DNA of 64,000 bases from Zootoca vivipara (taxonomy: Eukaryota). Shown one piece after another: positions 33,889-47,069 of this stretch. The position numbers and the translations under genes are program-made. Each line of letters starts with the position of its first letter. Position 1 is the first letter of the stretch. The stretch spans positions 31,744,001 to 31,808,000 of the forward strand of contig NC_083278.1 in assembly GCF_963506605.1 (NCBI RefSeq). The letters run 5' to 3'. Below the pieces are notes generated by a model. That model searched no databases and was not told the origin of the DNA. It saw only the letters and a list, made by a program, of their open reading frames with translations.

Positions 33889-35861
33889 TCACCATTCCAT
33901 TCTGTGGGTGGTAGATCATTGGTTTGAACGCTACCCCACAGAGAAAAGTTCCTGAACACAGATTCATAGTGAATCTGGCTACTGAACGCTTCTCCCTGCT
34001 AAAGGGCCCTATGCATATTATTGTAATTATGCTGCATGATTCATGCAATTTGACTCTTTATTATTCGGGGTTGGCCTGTCCCTGGACAGTTGAGGTTGTG
34101 GACAGGAAATGGTTAAAGTGCAAAGACTCTGTAGAGTCACCCTGAAAATTCAATATCTTTTGCTGAATTTTAATACATTAGCTATTCCTCTCCCACCCAG
34201 CTCTAGGAAGATAAACCTGTGATATTGTTTTCTTTTTGCTATTTGGTTTATGTTTACAAAGTATTTAAAATGTCAGTTTCATCGATTCTGTCTGTTTTAC
34301 GTGGATCATTTTGTTGGGAACTGCAGTTACTGCTGTTGGGGGGGGGGAGCTTCACATTTTGAAAATGTTGTCAAATCAGTTCTCAGTAGCAACTATTGTT
34401 TAATAGGCATGAAAAGAAGAGAATGCTCCTATAGGGAAGTCTTGTTCATTTTGAATCTGATAGTAAAGAGAGGGATTTGTTGAGTGTCTCTAGTCAGGAG
34501 TTATCAAAGACGGCATTCAAGGTAAGCCTTTATTCTCACATCAGTGAGAGAACTGTACAGTTGAGGTGTAATTGAAGGGATGTAGTGATTAACATGTTCT
34601 TAAAGGTCCTAGTCCTCGGTTGTGTAGCTGGTGTGGTAGAGCAAAAGACATTGGTTTGCCCTTAATTCTGCATTTCAAGAGGGCCACAATCATTGCAAAG
34701 AAAAAGACACACCCTATTTCTTCACAATTGCTATCTATTACTTCATTGGATGGTGCTTAATTTAATGACTCAATATTTTTTCCCTGCCTGCAAATATTTG
34801 ATTTTTTTTCAGAACTGATGGAGAAAACAAGGGGCTCTGAATGGAATTAAAATCAACGTACATGTATGAAGTATCCCCCCAAAGAAGCTTTACTATCTGT
34901 TGTACTAACTACGACAAAATGAGGCATGACCATTCACACAAAGCCATCAGCTCTCAAATCCACATGATGAAGCTTAATTCCTTTTAATGGCTTTAGGATT
35001 GAAGCATTAGATGAGCAATTCCAGAGAGTACACATAATCATGGTTATCACCACCGTTTTCTATTTGTGGCGCCTTTTATTCTTGTTCTTACTTTTTAAAT
35101 GCAAGAAGATACCATGACTTATCAAGGCAAATGCCTCCCATTTATCAGTACTCTTCCTAAATTACCAAGGCTCAATTTGAATGCTGAAAAGTTGTTCGGG
35201 GTGTTTGGGAAGCTTATGGAAACACATAATGAAGTGGTACAGTAACTTGTCCATATGGGCTGAAGAATTGGGACACTGAAGCCTATCTCACCCCATTTGC
35301 TCTCAATCTGTAGTTCAATGTGAATTGTTTGCATGAGAGATTTGAAAGTGCAATGGTTGGTGGCAACTCTCCCTACAAAAGAGGAAAAAACAGAGTTTCC
35401 ACTATTGCCTTCCCAATAACTGAAAACTTCCCAAGTAGATGGTTTAGGTTTTTTACAGCAGTATAAAAGAAGCAGTTTGTTCATCTCCCCACCCCCTGCA
35501 GCCCTAGGGGGACCCACTGATAACCAATCAAATTAGTATTGCATTCTATGCTTTATGGGGGGGGGGGTTAAAGTGACAAAAGCACATTTTCTCATGTCCC
35601 TGTTTTGCTTAAAATAGATGTTCAGCTAATCTGTATTTATACCAGAGAATAAAATCACATTTCTCAAGACATGATACTATAATTAACTTATTTGCACACT
35701 GCATATAGTCAACTCTCATTAACTAATGAAATGCATCGGATATGTTTGCACTGTATGAGTACGTTCCTGTGAAAGTAACCCTTTGGAAGCCAGTTGTCAC
35801 GAAGCCACAATGGGCAATAAAGGATTTGTGCAAGAATGGTACCATTGACCTAATCACTAAT

Positions 35862-35992
35862 GGGGCTTCCGGCCGGCAGCTCAGTGGTAGAACACATGCA
35901 GAATGTCCCAGGTTCAGTCCCCCAGCATCTCTAGGCATGGCTGGGAAAGACCCCTGTCTAAAATCCTGGAGGGACTCTACTAGTCAATGTAG
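35862..35992 (+). mobile_element. Squam2-like SINE
   Basis: A-box AGCTCAGTGGTAGA, B-box GGTTCAGTCC, GGCTGGGAAAGACCCCTG body. Confidence 0.65.
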
Positions 35993-37453
35993 AAGAGCTT
36001 ATGATTGTAAGGGTTCACAGGCAGCAATAACAAGACCAGGATGATCCAATGGGTATGGATTTTTAACATAAAAGCTCAAAAGTTTTACTATTTTGTACAG
36101 GACTAATTTGTACCAGGGGAGCATGCTGTATGAATTCATGCCTCCACATTGCTAAAACCTACGAGTTATTTTTATGAGCCTGGACATGTCTTGGAGTTAT
36201 TCTGTATTGATTGTTTTCACCAGTTCCTCAGAGCCGATTCAAGGAAAGGCACAAAAATCTGAACATTTCCCTCAGTTGAAAAACAGCAATAAATGCTACT
36301 GCTGATTAGGGATAGATGGACCAACGTGTTTCCAAAACCAGCTCCATTTTGACCTGTTTGTGGGTGAACATTTGCTGGCTGGTGCTGATGCAGATTGTAG
36401 ATTGAAACATCTGGAGGGCACCAGGTTGAGGACAGCTGCTCTTGTCCTCTTTCAGATGCTTGTCCTGCTTTCAGATACCCGAATTATAAGCTAGGTTTCT
36501 TTTGTGCAGTTAACATGCTTGCTGCTGTGACTGCTGTAGCTCTATGGTATGATATATGTGTTCTCCATAATGGCAAGCTTCCCTGGGTCTTTTTGTATAT
36601 GTAGAACTCCCCCTTTCATGGGGAAAAAACAAACATACCACAAGAGCAGCTTTAAAATTCATAGCTGAAGTTGCCCTCACAACAAAAACCAAAGATTATA
36701 ATTCTTTAGAGGACGTGATGCATCGGTAACACCAACAAACTGATTTTCTATATAGCTATGTGCATCATGTTGCATTCAGGAGGCTAAGAAGGTTCTTTTA
36801 AAATCCACCCACACAAATCATTACGTACTGTATTATATTAAATTATATTGATTCATGAAGCTATATCTGTGGTGTAACTTGCTGGAAGGGATATGTGCAG
36901 GTAATTTTTCTCCTGGTCTATACTGTAGAATTATGAGCATGAAAGATTGGAGGGAAGATTATTTTCTATTTATATACCATCGCTGTTAATGACTATTTTT
37001 CACCTTTTGCAAGTTTTCTTTAATAAACAAAAACAACTAAAGATACAGTGTAGGAGGCAAACAATAAGCCACACTTCTCTCCCAATAAGCTCTCCTCCTC
37101 CCTTGCACCGTTTTTGCTTCTGCACGGCTCCAGAGTTCAAACTTGTAAGGTAAACGTGGATCTGCAGCACCAGCAGGGCTATAAATAAGCAACAAGGATG
37201 GGAATATGTTTGGTGGAAGTGACTGGCAAGGATTGGCACTCTTTCAGGGCTGTGTATCAGTCAGGGGAGGGGGGGGGAAAGCATGTTCTTCCCTCCTTAA
37301 TCAATAAGGAAGATGCTCCATCTCTGTCTACATCTTGATAAGTGGCTGGGCCAAGTACAGGTTAGTCAGTTTACCTGTCTGGCAGGTGACATTGTTTTGT
37401 TTAGTTAGTATTTATTTATATGCCACATTTCGGCCAAAAAAAGGGCCTCCAAG

Positions 37454-38399
37454 AAGATAGAAAAATAGGTTTTGAGGATAAAAGATCCAAATTTCAAATA
37501 GAAGTGCTAGAAGGCAAAACAAAGCTTTTGGCAAAGATGTATGATCTGTTGTTGGAGTGGTATACAAAAGATGAGTTGACAAAAGAAGTGATGATTAAAT
37601 GGGCAAAAGATTTGGGGCATAATATTGAATATGATGCGTGGTTGAAATTATGGAATCAAACTTTAAGATTTACAGCATGTACTGCCTTGAAAGAAAATGT
37701 ATATAAGATGATGTACAGATGGTATTTAACTCCAGTTAAGTTAGCTAAAATGTATAGAATGGGTGATAAAAGTTGCTGGAAATGTAAAGAGAAAGATGGT
37801 GAATTTTATCATATGTGGTGGACATGCGAAAAAGTTAAAAGATTTTGGGAAAGTTTATATAATGAATTGAAAAAGATGTTTAGATATACCTTTCCAAAAA
37901 AACCAGAAGCATTTTTGTTAGGAATAATAGGAGGAGAGATTAGAAAAGAAGATCAAACACTGTTTATGTATGCAACAACCGCGGCTAGGACTTTGTTAGC
38001 CCAAAAATGGAAATTACAGGAATTACCTACAATTGTGGAGTGGCAGATAAAAATGATGGACTATGCTGAACATGCTAGATTGACATGCAAGATTCGTGAC
38101 CAGGGGGAGACAAGGTTTCAAAAGGACTGGAGTAAATATGTGGACTATATGGAGAAAAACTGTAGATCATTAAAAACTCTCGCAGGACTAAAATAAACCT
38201 TACGAATTGACCAATATGTTAAAAAAGGAACTGCAAAAAAAAGGAATTAACAAGAAACCCGCATGAAGGGAGGGGGGGAAGTCATAGCTCGGCGGAGCAA
38301 GGTAAAAGATGTGAACATAAGATTTTGTATAAAAGATTGGTTTTGTTAATTTGTTGAATTTGGAAAATTGGAATAAAATGTATTTAAAAACAAAAAAAC
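37454..38399 (+). mobile_element. L1 LINE, 5'-truncated and young
   Basis: Open ORF2 C-terminus with CWKC...HMWWTC zinc knuckle (stop at 38196), AATAAA, poly-A tail, TSD AAAAAAAGGGCCTCCAAG at 37436-37453 and 38400-38417. Confidence 0.93.
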
Positions 38400-38904
38400 A
38401 AAAAAAGGGCCTCCAAGGCAGCTCGGCAAGAATAAGCACACAGGTGCAAATTAAAACGCAAAACAAAATACTAACTTGCCCATGCAAATTGCACATGCCA
38501 GAGACATTCTCCCAGCCTTCACCTGATTGTGGAGGATTCTTAGCTGCCAGCTAACCTGTTTACTACATTGCAGCTCTTGTTTGGGGAGGGTGCCTGACCA
38601 GCTGGGAGAGCATTGGCCACATGCGTGCCCTCGCAGCCGACAAGGAATAAAAACCAGCAGCACTGCCCTGCCTCAGTGCACTTACTTGGGCTTCATATGC
38701 TTTTAAAGCACACAGCTTCCCCCACACTGGTATACCCTTCACAGAGTTACAATTATCAGCAACCTTAACAAGCTTCAGTTCTCAGGATTCCCTGGGGGAG
38801 TCATGTGATCTAAATGTGTTTTAAATGTACAGTGTATACAGCTTTAGGCCTTCCGTTCCATTTAAGTCAGTGTGGTGTGATGGTCTCGGTGGCATTTACA
38901 GGAT

Positions 38905-39235
38905 GCTAGTGGTCTTTTCTGTGGTGGCTCCCCGAATGTGGATGCTATCCGCAGAGATGCTCACCTGACGCCATCCTTACATGTTTTGCACCAGGCAAAA
39001 AGATTCCTCTTTATCCAGGCCTATGGCTATTAAATAATCTATAGCCTGCAAAAGTGTGGGGGGAGAGGACTGTTACTGTGATTCTTATTTTAATAGTAGG
39101 CTGTCTGTCAGTATGCTTTTAACTTTGTTTTATTATGTTTTATCATTGATGCTCTGCAATGTGTTTTTAATGCTGTACACTGCCCTGGGATCTTTTTGAT
39201 AAAGGGTGGTATTTAAATCAAATAAATAAATAATA
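38905..39235 (+). mobile_element. Old L2 3' tail
   Basis: TTTTCTGTGGTGGCTCCC...CCAGGCAAAAA...CAGGCCT and (AAAT)n end; similar fragment at 58930-59060. Confidence 0.6.
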
Positions 39236-40451
39236 CCAACATTTAGTTATACAAATATGAAGGGCAGCAAATTGGAATGTGTTGATATCTATAAATTGAC
39301 ATATTCTCAGTGTCAGTGCTATTGATGTTTGCTCCCTTACTTCCACGGTACACTTTTTGCGTAGTTGGTTATTTACAAGGACGTTGTTAAATACTGTGGC
39401 TCTTGATGTTGTAACAACAACAAAAAAGAGAGACTACTATAAAAGAGATATTTGGGGTTTTTCTTTTACTGACAACATCTCCTCACATATTTCCCAAGTT
39501 GCTATTATATCACACTGCACATTACCTTGGCTGACAGCTTGGGAGGTTGTGTTTTATTAAAACGCTAACATACCAGCAATTTCTTCCACCTCCCCCATAA
39601 AATACATTGTGTATATGTTCTGCAAGTGTTCTGTAGAAAATGTCTTCAGGGGGCCGAGAACGACACTTGGTAGCCCTTTGCCCAAATCCAGCACTTGCCT
39701 TCTTTCCCCTGCCAAACTGTTAGTGGGAAACAGAAAGGGAGCGCCGCTACAGTGAACTCCTTCCATCATTGGGAAGGAGCCTCTGTGGATCTAGCACCAC
39801 ACATTCAGCTCACTGCTCTGCTCATGAATCTCTAGGCTGAAGCTCCAACACCATATTTTCCCTTATATACTTGATCCTGGGCATCATCCACCCACACTCC
39901 ACACACCAAACTCTTAAGTGTGCTGTGTAGGAGATCTGTTGGCACACACAGATTGTCTCTCACTGAACTGGGGCTCCGCTCTCCAAAGTGAGAGTCAAGT
40001 TCCTATCCATGCTTAACTCTGAAGTCTTGGGCTGTGCGCACACTATACATTTAAAGCACATTTAACAAAATTTACAAAGCACTGTATAAATGATAAGAAC
40101 AGAGCTTCATAAAATAGCAGAATACAATAATTTCACATTCCCTTAAAACAGCAGTACACTTGACTCACACACTAATCTGGGAAAGCCTGGGTAAAAAGAA
40201 AATATTTTAGCATCTGTCAAAAGCCCATAATCACTGGTGCATGTCTTATTTTTTAGGGAAGAATTTTCCACACAGCAGGAATCTAAAATACCTACTTAAT
40301 GCACGCTGATGTGTTTTTTGATCTGAGTAATTTCACATAAAATTTGGAGAAGAGAGAAAATCCTAGGATTAATTATGTTCTGATCTGCCCATTAGTCAAA
40401 GAGGTGTGGCACAGGTGAGTTGGCATCAAATTCAAAGAAATTTGGTCAGGT

Positions 40452-40813
40452 AAGGTAAAGGTAAGTCCAGTCAAACTTGACTATGGGATGCAGTGCTCAT
40501 CTAGCTTCAGGCCGACGGAGCTGGTGTTTCTCCACAGACAACTTTCTGGGTCATGTGGCCAGCATGACTAAACCTCTTCTGGCGCAACAGGACACTGTGA
40601 CGGAAGCCAGAGCACACAGAAATGCCATTTACCTTACCTCTGCAGCAGTACCTGTTTATCTACTTGCACTGGTGTGCTTTCGAACTGCTAGGTTGGCAGG
40701 AGCTGGGACAGAGCAACAGGAGCTCACTCCATCGTGCGGATTCAAACTGCTGACCTTCCGATCAGCAAGCCCAAGAGGCTCAGTGGTTTAGACCACAGCG
40801 CCAGCCATGTCCC
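40452..40813 (-). mobile_element. Sauria SINE
   Basis: Full body; imperfect TSD ATTTGGTCAGG / ATTTGTTCAGG. Confidence 0.88.
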
Positions 40814-42371
40814 TTGTATTTGTTCAGGCACCCCTATTCAAAACACAGGATTATATTTTGGGTTGACTCCTTGTCTTCATGGATTACACAGCAAGATATT
40901 ATAGTGACTGATTCCAGCACAAGGAGAAAGTGAGATCAAATGTTGGGATTGCTCCAATGACAAATAAATGCCACTTTGCAGCGACCAGTCTTCAACTAAG
41001 GAGGGAAAGATCTCCTCTATTCCATTCCTTTATTGTTCTGTGGGTTTGCTCTGCTTTGGGTCCCTTCATCTCCTGAATTATCTAGTTTAACTCTGCCTTC
41101 TAAATGAATTCCAGAATCCAATCATGCAAAGTCATCGTATTTGTCCCCCTTCTGTACTATCAATATGAAAGAGCAGATGGATGAAACACTGCACTAAGTA
41201 CATACAAAAACTATGATGTTTTACATATGAGCTTCTTTGTGTTTGTAAAACACACACACAAAGAGAATGCCAGAATCTTGATACAGTCATTTCAATAATC
41301 TTGTCAAGATTGCTCCCCCCCCCGGGTTGTTGTTGTTTTTAAAATCAATACACACAAGTTCATGCATGCAGTTTTAGAAAACGCCACGGCAGTGGGGTGG
41401 GGGTGGGGGAGAATCTTGAAGCATTAATACATAAAATCACATTCAAGACTCCTTTTTAGCAGTGTTTGGTATATACACACATGAACATTATTAAAGTAGA
41501 GGAGGAGAAAAGAAAAGGGGAAAGGCAGGAGCTGAAAGCTGTGGCAAACTGTGAATGCACTGTGGACTCTGGGAATTTTTTTGAATACTGTACAGTACAA
41601 CACAAAACAATGCGGGACTCCTAAGACACCAATTCTGCTTGGGCAAACTGACGAAATCATTTCAAAGTCAAAAATCTTAAGATGGAAGTCAGGCGATGAA
41701 AATTTCAGAAGTATCCCCATTCTTATGCAGTCAGATTCTGCAATGCCCTGGCCAGTAACATATACTTAGATTCCACTGGATTTGAGCAGCACCTGTGCCC
41801 ATACTTCTGGACATAGGAAATTGCCCACAGACATCAGCAAAGTCACTGCAGATTTGCTGTGCTGTCAGAGTGGATCAATCTGCACTTAAACATAAATAAA
41901 TTAAAAAGTCAATAAAATCAATAGTGTCATTTTTGTTTTGTAGAAGGGGTGTCAGTCACTTGTAGACAGCATACCTAGAGGCCTTGTCTTCCTGTCACTG
42001 GCATTCGCTATTGCAGTTAACATCTACAAGTCACATCCATCACTTCAAAACCACATTCCAAAACTCCAACTAGGAAATTCCAACCAGGTCTGTGCTTAGG
42101 TAGAATTCAATGCAGCCAGTGAAATGTAAATGCTTTTCTTGGTATCCAGAATTACAGTGCATATCTCTCTTTGGGTTATATGTCTTCCAAATATAACCTT
42201 TTAACAGAATGGGCTCAATCTGTCCTTCATGCACAGACTTCAGACCTATCATCCACTCACCTATATATTTTAGTCAACTCTTTTCTGATCTTCAAGGTCA
42301 AAACAAAGACAGGGAGCATTCTTACTAGTATTTTCCTATGCAAAATGGTACATTACTATAATAATAATAAT

Positions 42372-42404
<33 letters not shown>

Positions 42405-42405
42405 A

Positions 42406-42627
42406 CAGTCATACCTCGTGTTGCATTAGGTTCATGTTGCGTCTTTTCGGCTTCCAAACCCGGTTTTGCTCAGTGTGTGCGCGCAGAAGCGTTCTGCTTG
42501 CTTTGCACATGCACAGAAGCGCTTTATCGCGCCGCATGTGTGCACAGAAGTGGCACTTTAGTTACAGACTTTTCGGGGTACGAATGGCACCCCGGAATGG
42601 ATTGAGTCTGTAACTAGAGGTACCACT

Positions 42628-42628
<1 letters not shown>
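42406..42628. mobile_element. Tc1/mariner-type MITE inserted in an (AAT)n/(AAC)n tail
   Basis: CAGTCATACCTC...GAGGTACCACTG with TA flanks; related fragment at 56561-56741. Confidence 0.8.
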
Positions 42629-42630
<2 letters not shown>

Positions 42631-42666
<36 letters not shown>

Positions 42667-42778
42667 TATTATTTATACCCCACCCATCTGGCTGGGTTTC
42701 CACAGCCACTCTGGGCGGCTTTCAACAAAAGATTAAAGATACATTAGAACATCAGTTATTAAAAACTTCCCTAAACAT
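42631..42778 (-). mobile_element. LINE 3' tail (L2-like)
   Basis: (AAT)n followed by TTTATACCCCACCCATCTGGCTGGG...CTCTGGGCGGCT. Confidence 0.6.
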
Positions 42779-43047
42779 TGCTAGAATATCACATGCACCA
42801 CCACATATTATTTGTGACCAGTGACCAGCACTGACTCGTCTCCTCTGAGTGCCAAAGAATAAGGTGGAGGGTAGTCTGTTTTGCTTCAAGCTATACTTTT
42901 CAAAAAGCAAACAAGGCAAGGGCAAGAGGAACAAACACCACTTTTTCCCCTTCTGCACAAAACCTGAACTGAGAGAAAAGACCTTGTCCCTTCCTCCAAG
43001 TCTTCAGTGCTTGACAAAGAACTTGGGGGAGATGGGGGAGCTTTAAA

Positions 43048-43975
43048 GCCTGGATAGCGTAGTTGGATAGAGTGTGGTGCTGATAAATCAGGTCCTTCCC
43101 TTAAGAGGGCACGTGTTGCGGTGAGGCCTGGCAACCAAACCCTTGTGTTTTGGGTGGGTATGATTGGATAGCCACAACACCCAATTGGTAGGTCCCTTGA
43201 TGCAGGGTTCAATCAGGCCAATGGGACGCAGGCTATTCGGGTCAAGGGACCTACATATACCCATGCATGTGACCCAGAGCTTCCTCTTTCGGCATTTTGC
43301 ATCGGAACACCCACCTACCTCTCCCTACTTTTAGGGCTTTTGCGATTGACCTTGTTATGCCGCCGTGTGTCGTCTGTCGTTGGGACAGGGGCACAGCAGG
43401 GATTTTTCCCTCTTGACTGATTGGCTGGTGCCATTTGGGTTTCGCCTGCCGCGTAGCAAATCGTCACAACTTGTAAGTTTGTGGATAGGCTCTGTTTCAG
43501 GTGATAGGGATGGAGGAGTGCTCTCACCATCCCTATGTGAAGGGTATTCCGATAAAGGAATCCAAAGACTCAATGGTTTGGTCAACCCTGTGAGGGGGTT
43601 GTGCCTGTGCCTGAGTCTAGGGGGACTTCTGGGTGGTGGACATAGCATGTTCCTGGCTTTCCACCTATCCAGGTGTTCACCCTAGGCTGACCTATGATGG
43701 AGCTCTGGGTTAGTGCTACCTGCCACAGTGCAGGGAGCTAGTCGAACCAGAGCCTATGCAACCACTCACTTGGTGTAATCAATAAAGGTGTGGCCTAAAT
43801 TCTGCCAAAAACCAAACCAAAATTTGAGTCTTGTCTGAATTTATTTAAGGGGAAGGTTTAAAGCTTGCATGTTCAATCCCTGTATCGAACAGCTGCATAT
43901 TCCTGCATTGCAGGGGGTTGGACTAGATTATCCTCAGGGTCTCTTCCAACACTACAATTCACAAGTCTATGATTC
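43048..43975 (+). mobile_element. tRNA-derived SINE with CR1-type tail, split by the LTR-like insertion
   Basis: A-box half at 43048-43093; B-box half and GGTTGGACTAGAT...CTTCCAAC...CTATGATTC tail at 43865-43975. Confidence 0.75.
43093..43863 (+). mobile_element. Unclassified LTR-like element, copy 2
   Basis: Collinear with 2233-3008. Confidence 0.75.
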
Positions 43976-45240
43976 ACTTTGTCCACGGCTCTTGCAGAGC
44001 TAGAAGCAGCCTGTCTGCATTTGAAAGATCTCAGCGGAGGGGCAGTCACTAAAGGAGGAGAGACCACCCAGGGAGTGGATTTGTGGGGCTCTGGCTTGCA
44101 GCCACCAAATACCATCATATACATGCATTATTGATTCTGCTGTGAAAACTGCTTTCACCGCTTGGTGGCAAACTACAGATATGAGGATGGCAACCATTCC
44201 TCATAGTATTACTTTTCAATAATGTTCATGTGGAAAAAGGAAACGAATTAATTCACATCCACATGAGCCACTGGAAACTAGTTAGTAGGAGGCAAGCCTC
44301 CTTGGATGCAACTTGGTTTAGTTTGTTATCCTTCATAATGCCAACTTTTTTTTTAAAAAAAGATGGAATTTTAATTCCTCCTCCCAGTAGCTGCAAAGTG
44401 TGATGCTTGAGTGCCCTTCCTCATTTGTTTTTCATCATGTATCACTGCCCAGAAGCAATCATTAGCTAATTTGCTGATTTATAGCTGTAGCTTATGAGAT
44501 TTAAAACAGTTTCTTTCTCAGCATTACAACAATAGCAGAATGCTGCCACTAGTATACAAAGCTGCATACATCAAGAAAATGTACATGGAAGCGCTTTCCC
44601 TGTAGGAAACGCATAACGTTTGCAGCAGCCCTTAGCTCCAATGACATCCCAAACTGCTCTCTTATTACTTTCCTGTTTTCTTCCAGAGCTGTGCCTTGGA
44701 CTGTCACCTATTTGTTGCACAGAAAGCACAGCTGGGTAGGAAAAAGCATGAAAGCTGTCACCTATCAGAACAAGGTCACAAAACAACTTTAGTGTGTGAA
44801 CACAATTGCTATTATTTGTGCTGGCTCCCAGTGGCATACATCGTGAAAAACAAATTGCTTTTTGTTTTTGTTTCCCCATCTTTTTGACAGAACCCAGGAT
44901 CCAAAGTATACTAGAGTTTGTTTCATATTTGACACCCCCCCCCCCGCATCTATAAAGCACAAAGGCCCGTATTGAAAAGTTGCTTCATGCTGTGAGCGGG
45001 ATCATTTACCCCGGCTTAATAAAAGGCTGGTAAAACCTCTCCTTTAATTTCCTTCTTTCTACTTTTACCCAACTCTCATGCTAGCTTGGATTCCCAGGAA
45101 AAAGTTTGTTGTAATTGCTCACTGATATTTAGGGATGGCCGGATATGTCAGTTTTTCTTTCCCTTTGCTTCTCATTTTTACCTTCTCAAGCTCAGTTGTC
45201 CACATCAGTTTTTTTTTTTAAAGAAAAAAGTCCTAATATA

Positions 45241-45437
45241 CACATAGGAAGTTGTCTTACACCAAGTCAGATCATTGGTCAGTCTAGCTCAATTTTGTCT
45301 GCAGTGACTACCGGTAGTTGCAATTTTGCAAAGTTTCAGGCAGGATTCTCTCCCAGCTGTATCTCATATGCCAGGGGCTGAACCTGGGACCCACTGTAGG
45401 CAAAGCAGATACTCTGCCACTGAGCTATAGCCCTTCC
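45241..45437 (-). mobile_element. Squam2-like SINE
   Basis: CATAGGAAG...CAGATCATTGGTC...GAACCTGGGACC...CCACTGAGCTAT. Confidence 0.65.
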
Positions 45438-46067
45438 CTATTTGAAAATCTGCCTAATATACACATTTCTGCAAGTATTTTCCCCTGCTATAAAGCACTT
45501 TGTAGGTTACTTCCATTCATTTTAATACACACTTTCCCGTAATAGTTTTGTTTTTCCCCCTACACATTATTTGTTGGGAGAACGGCATCACAAAATTCGG
45601 AGAGCTTCAAATTCCAAAGGACATCTGTATTTTGGTTCACGTGTTTCAGGACAGGCAGATTAAGTAGATTAGAGCAAATTCATACAACAAGGGGATTCCT
45701 CTTCCATTCTGCAGCAGCAAGTCCATTATGCATTTGCAAAGTGCTTTCTTTCCCCCCTATTCTTTTCCTATCCCCCCAATCAATTACCGTACATAAATTC
45801 TTACATGAGTTCACTCTTTTGACATTATATGGGTGGTCACACCAATAGATTCCTCACTGGAACATTGATTTGGGATGCATGCTTCAGCTGAAGTAACATC
45901 TCCCTCATTTCTCTGATTTTTGGGGGATACATAGAGGTTATTTTGCTGGAAATTTCTGCATCAAGGCTTAAATGAGTAAAGCACTTCTGAATTTGACCTT
46001 TATAGGGCTATTATATAGGAAGAAGAGAGAAAAATACTGAGTATCAATTTCCTTATACAATAATTCA

Positions 46068-46072
<5 letters not shown>

Positions 46073-46117
<45 letters not shown>
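46073..46117. repeat. (TA)n microsatellite
   Basis: About 22 units. Confidence 0.95.
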
Positions 46118-46121
<4 letters not shown>

Positions 46122-46411
46122 AAATTTAGTATACTATTCAACAGTTTTACTAAATCATGCAGTCCTTAAGGTGTTTAGGATAATTGAAACACATTTCATT
46201 ATTGGGCTTTAAAACTGCTTTTTAAAAATGTTCTCACCCTAATTGCCTAGTGGCTTGACAGTTCACCAATCATCTAACCATGTTTATACATTAATTTTAT
46301 CATATATATTTCACCATGAGTCGATCCTGGCAAACAATTGATTCAAGACTTTGAAAATTCCAAAATTTGATTCTGGAACAGAAGTTAAATTTACGAAAGA
46401 ATAATTAACAG

Positions 46412-46592
46412 TGCCACCCTATACATGTCTACTCAGAAGTAAGTCTCAGCGACTTCAGTAGGATTTACTCCCTGGTAAGTGAGTACAGGAGTGTAGTCTA
46501 AGGTTACACACCTATGCACACACATTTGGAACTAAGCTTCATTTAGCCGAATGGGACTTTCTGCTAAGTAAAGATGCAAAGTGTTAAGCTGC
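46412..46592. mobile_element. Two adjacent short palindromic MITE-like repeats
   Basis: CCTATACATGTCTACTCAGAAGTAAGTC...ATTTACTCCC.GGTAAGTG imperfect hairpin followed by a second degraded unit. Confidence 0.5.
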
Positions 46593-46907
46593 ATTTGGCT
46601 ACACTTATATATAGCAGTGGGGGCACAAGAAGGATGGATAAATGGAAAATAATATATATATCTTAAACTTTGTGCCCTTCACATGTTATGAAGTACAATT
46701 CCCATTGGGCCAGTGATTATGAGAGTTACATTCCAAAACATGGAGGGAACCAGATTGAAGCAGGGAAGTAGGAAGTGGGATTCATTCATCCTCTCTCCAA
46801 ACAGCTGACTAGCAGTATCACCAGTGTTCTGCCAAAGCTAAGGGTGTTTAAAAGGCTGCTATTGCAGACCTTTCAACAGGTTATATTTGGATTGGGGCAC
46901 TGAACTT

Positions 46908-47069
46908 TATATTTTTCCGTGTATAACACGCACCCATGTATAAGACGCCCCCTATTTTGGGGGACTCAAAATTAAGAAAATGGGGGGAGATTGCCCCGTG
47001 TATAAGACTACCCCCCCTTTTAACATTATTTTTTAGTAAAAAGAACCTGGTCTTATACACGGAAAAGTG
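46908..47069. mobile_element. Tc1/pogo-type MITE, inverted relative to 23461-23624
   Basis: TTTTCCGTGTATAA...TTATACACGGAAAA inverted termini. Confidence 0.7.

Noticed and set aside
43048-43093. tRNA-like A-box sequence (also in other SINE heads)
   Set aside because: No complete cloverleaf; followed by SINE bodies, so not tRNA genes
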